Assembly: GCA_963663405.2 (NCBI GenBank) | Contig: CAXXSM010000092.1 | Coordinates: forward strand, 1-64,000 | Length of the DNA stretch: 64,000 bases | Direction of reading: 5' to 3' | From: a bacterium | GTDB lineage: Bacteria; Hinthialibacterota; Hinthialibacteria; Hinthialibacterales; Hinthialibacteraceae | In this document: positions 63,155 through 64,000 of the stretch, in pieces | Numbering within the stretch: position 1 is the stretch's first letter | Layout of the letters: each line of letters begins with the position of its first letter | Program-made: the position numbers and the translations under genes | Notes under the pieces: model-generated | What the model was told of the DNA's origin: nothing | What the model saw: the letters and a program-made list of their open reading frames with translations, nothing else | Database searches by the model: none

Positions 63155-64000
63155 TATGACTGCGCCTCCTTTTCAACTAAAGGTTCGGGGCCATGCTTGA
63201 TCTTTCGAATGAGGACAAAAATATACAACGCGCCAATCATCGTATAAATCAATCCAAACAGGATCAAAGAAAACAACACTTCCACAGCGCTGACCTGAAA
63301 GGAATACGCGTCCGCGGTCTTCAACAGCCGGTAAACTACCCAGGGCTGGCGCCCCACTTCGGCGACGATCCAGCCCAATTCGCAGGCGATCAGTGGCAAC
63401 GGGATCGCGAAGGGTAATAAACTGAGATACCAACGGGTGTCAGAGAGTCGTTTCCGGTAAAGCAGAAAAACGCCGAACGCCGTCAGAGCGATGAATAACA
63501 TGCCTAATCCCACCATGGTATGGAAGGAGATGAACATTAATGAGAACGGCGGCGTCGCCCAGCCCTCTTTCCGGAGATCCTCAACTCCAGGCACGTTGGC
63601 GCTGGAATCACCAAACGCGAACCAACTTAACAAACCTGGGATTACAATCGCATAATTCAATCGAGGCGGACTGTCAGAGGGGATTCCAAACACCGCCAAC
63701 GGGGCATTCGGCCCTCCCTCGCTGAGTCCCTCCATAGCGGCGAACTTTTCGGGCTGCGTACGGGCGACTTGCTTGGCGTGAAAATCCCCCGTCGGAATGA
63801 AAGTGAGGATCGATGCGATCAAACCAACGACCAGCGCGAGTTTCAACGTCTTGCGGGAGGATTCCGGACTGATATTTTTCAGCACATGATACGCCGAGAT
63901 TCCCGCCATCAAGAACGCGCCCGCGGTCAAACACGCCGCCAGGGTATGAGAAAACCGGTAGATTGTCGATGGATTAAACAATACTGCGAAGAAATCGGTC
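63154..64000 (-). CDS. cydA: Cytochrome bd oxidase subunit I (3' part)
   Basis: RFSH, QPEKFAAMEG, FHTMVGLG, ELGWIVAEVGRQPWVV. Confidence 0.96.
   Translation of the reverse strand, partial: TDFFAVLFNPSTIYRFSHTLAACLTAGAFLMAGISAYHVLKNISPESSRKTLKLALVVGLIASILTFIPTGDFHAKQVARTQPEKFAAMEGLSEGGPNAPLAVFGIPSDSPPRLNYAIVIPGLLSWFAFGDSSANVPGVEDLRKEGWATPPFSLMFISFHTMVGLGMLFIALTAFGVFLLYRKRLSDTRWYLSLLPFAIPLPLIACELGWIVAEVGRQPWVVYRLLKTADAYSFQVSAVEVLFSLILFGLIYTMIGALYIFVLIRKIKHGPEPLVEKEAQS

Overview
Bacterial chromosomal window of moderate GC with AT-rich intergenic gaps. The gene style suggests an anaerobic, PVC-adjacent candidate lineage such as OLB16/Hinthialibacterota or Sumerlaeota (inference only). 1-12 kb: housekeeping (APC permease, Nudix, class D beta-lactamase-like protein, M15 peptidase, holB, ileS-dksA/traR-lspA-lgt). 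12-37 kb: very large secreted proteins: a PQQ-propeller/methyltransferase protein, a 14x WD40 + C13-like protease protein, a YVTN-propeller + FN3 + pseudo-C13 protein, and a ~3580-aa gingipain (C25)/FG-GAP/beta-helix protein split by one frameshift. Two of these end in the same motif V-x-T-W-Q-x-hydrophobic, a candidate undescribed sorting signal. 37-49 kb: SDR, a 258-bp MITE (23-bp TIRs, 8-bp TSD), SurA-like PPIase, MATE, ClC-CBS, BlaI/M56 with a visible operator, and two copies of a structured intergenic repeat. 49-64 kb: cysM-metW-metX-metY, an hcp operon with a candidate sigma54 promoter, a tetraheme c/NrfC/NrfD/octaheme HAO-like module, Rrf2, an uncalled ygbA and cydAB. Many single-base frameshifts, densest after 58 kb, look like long-read errors. 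No rRNA, tRNA or CRISPR array was seen.
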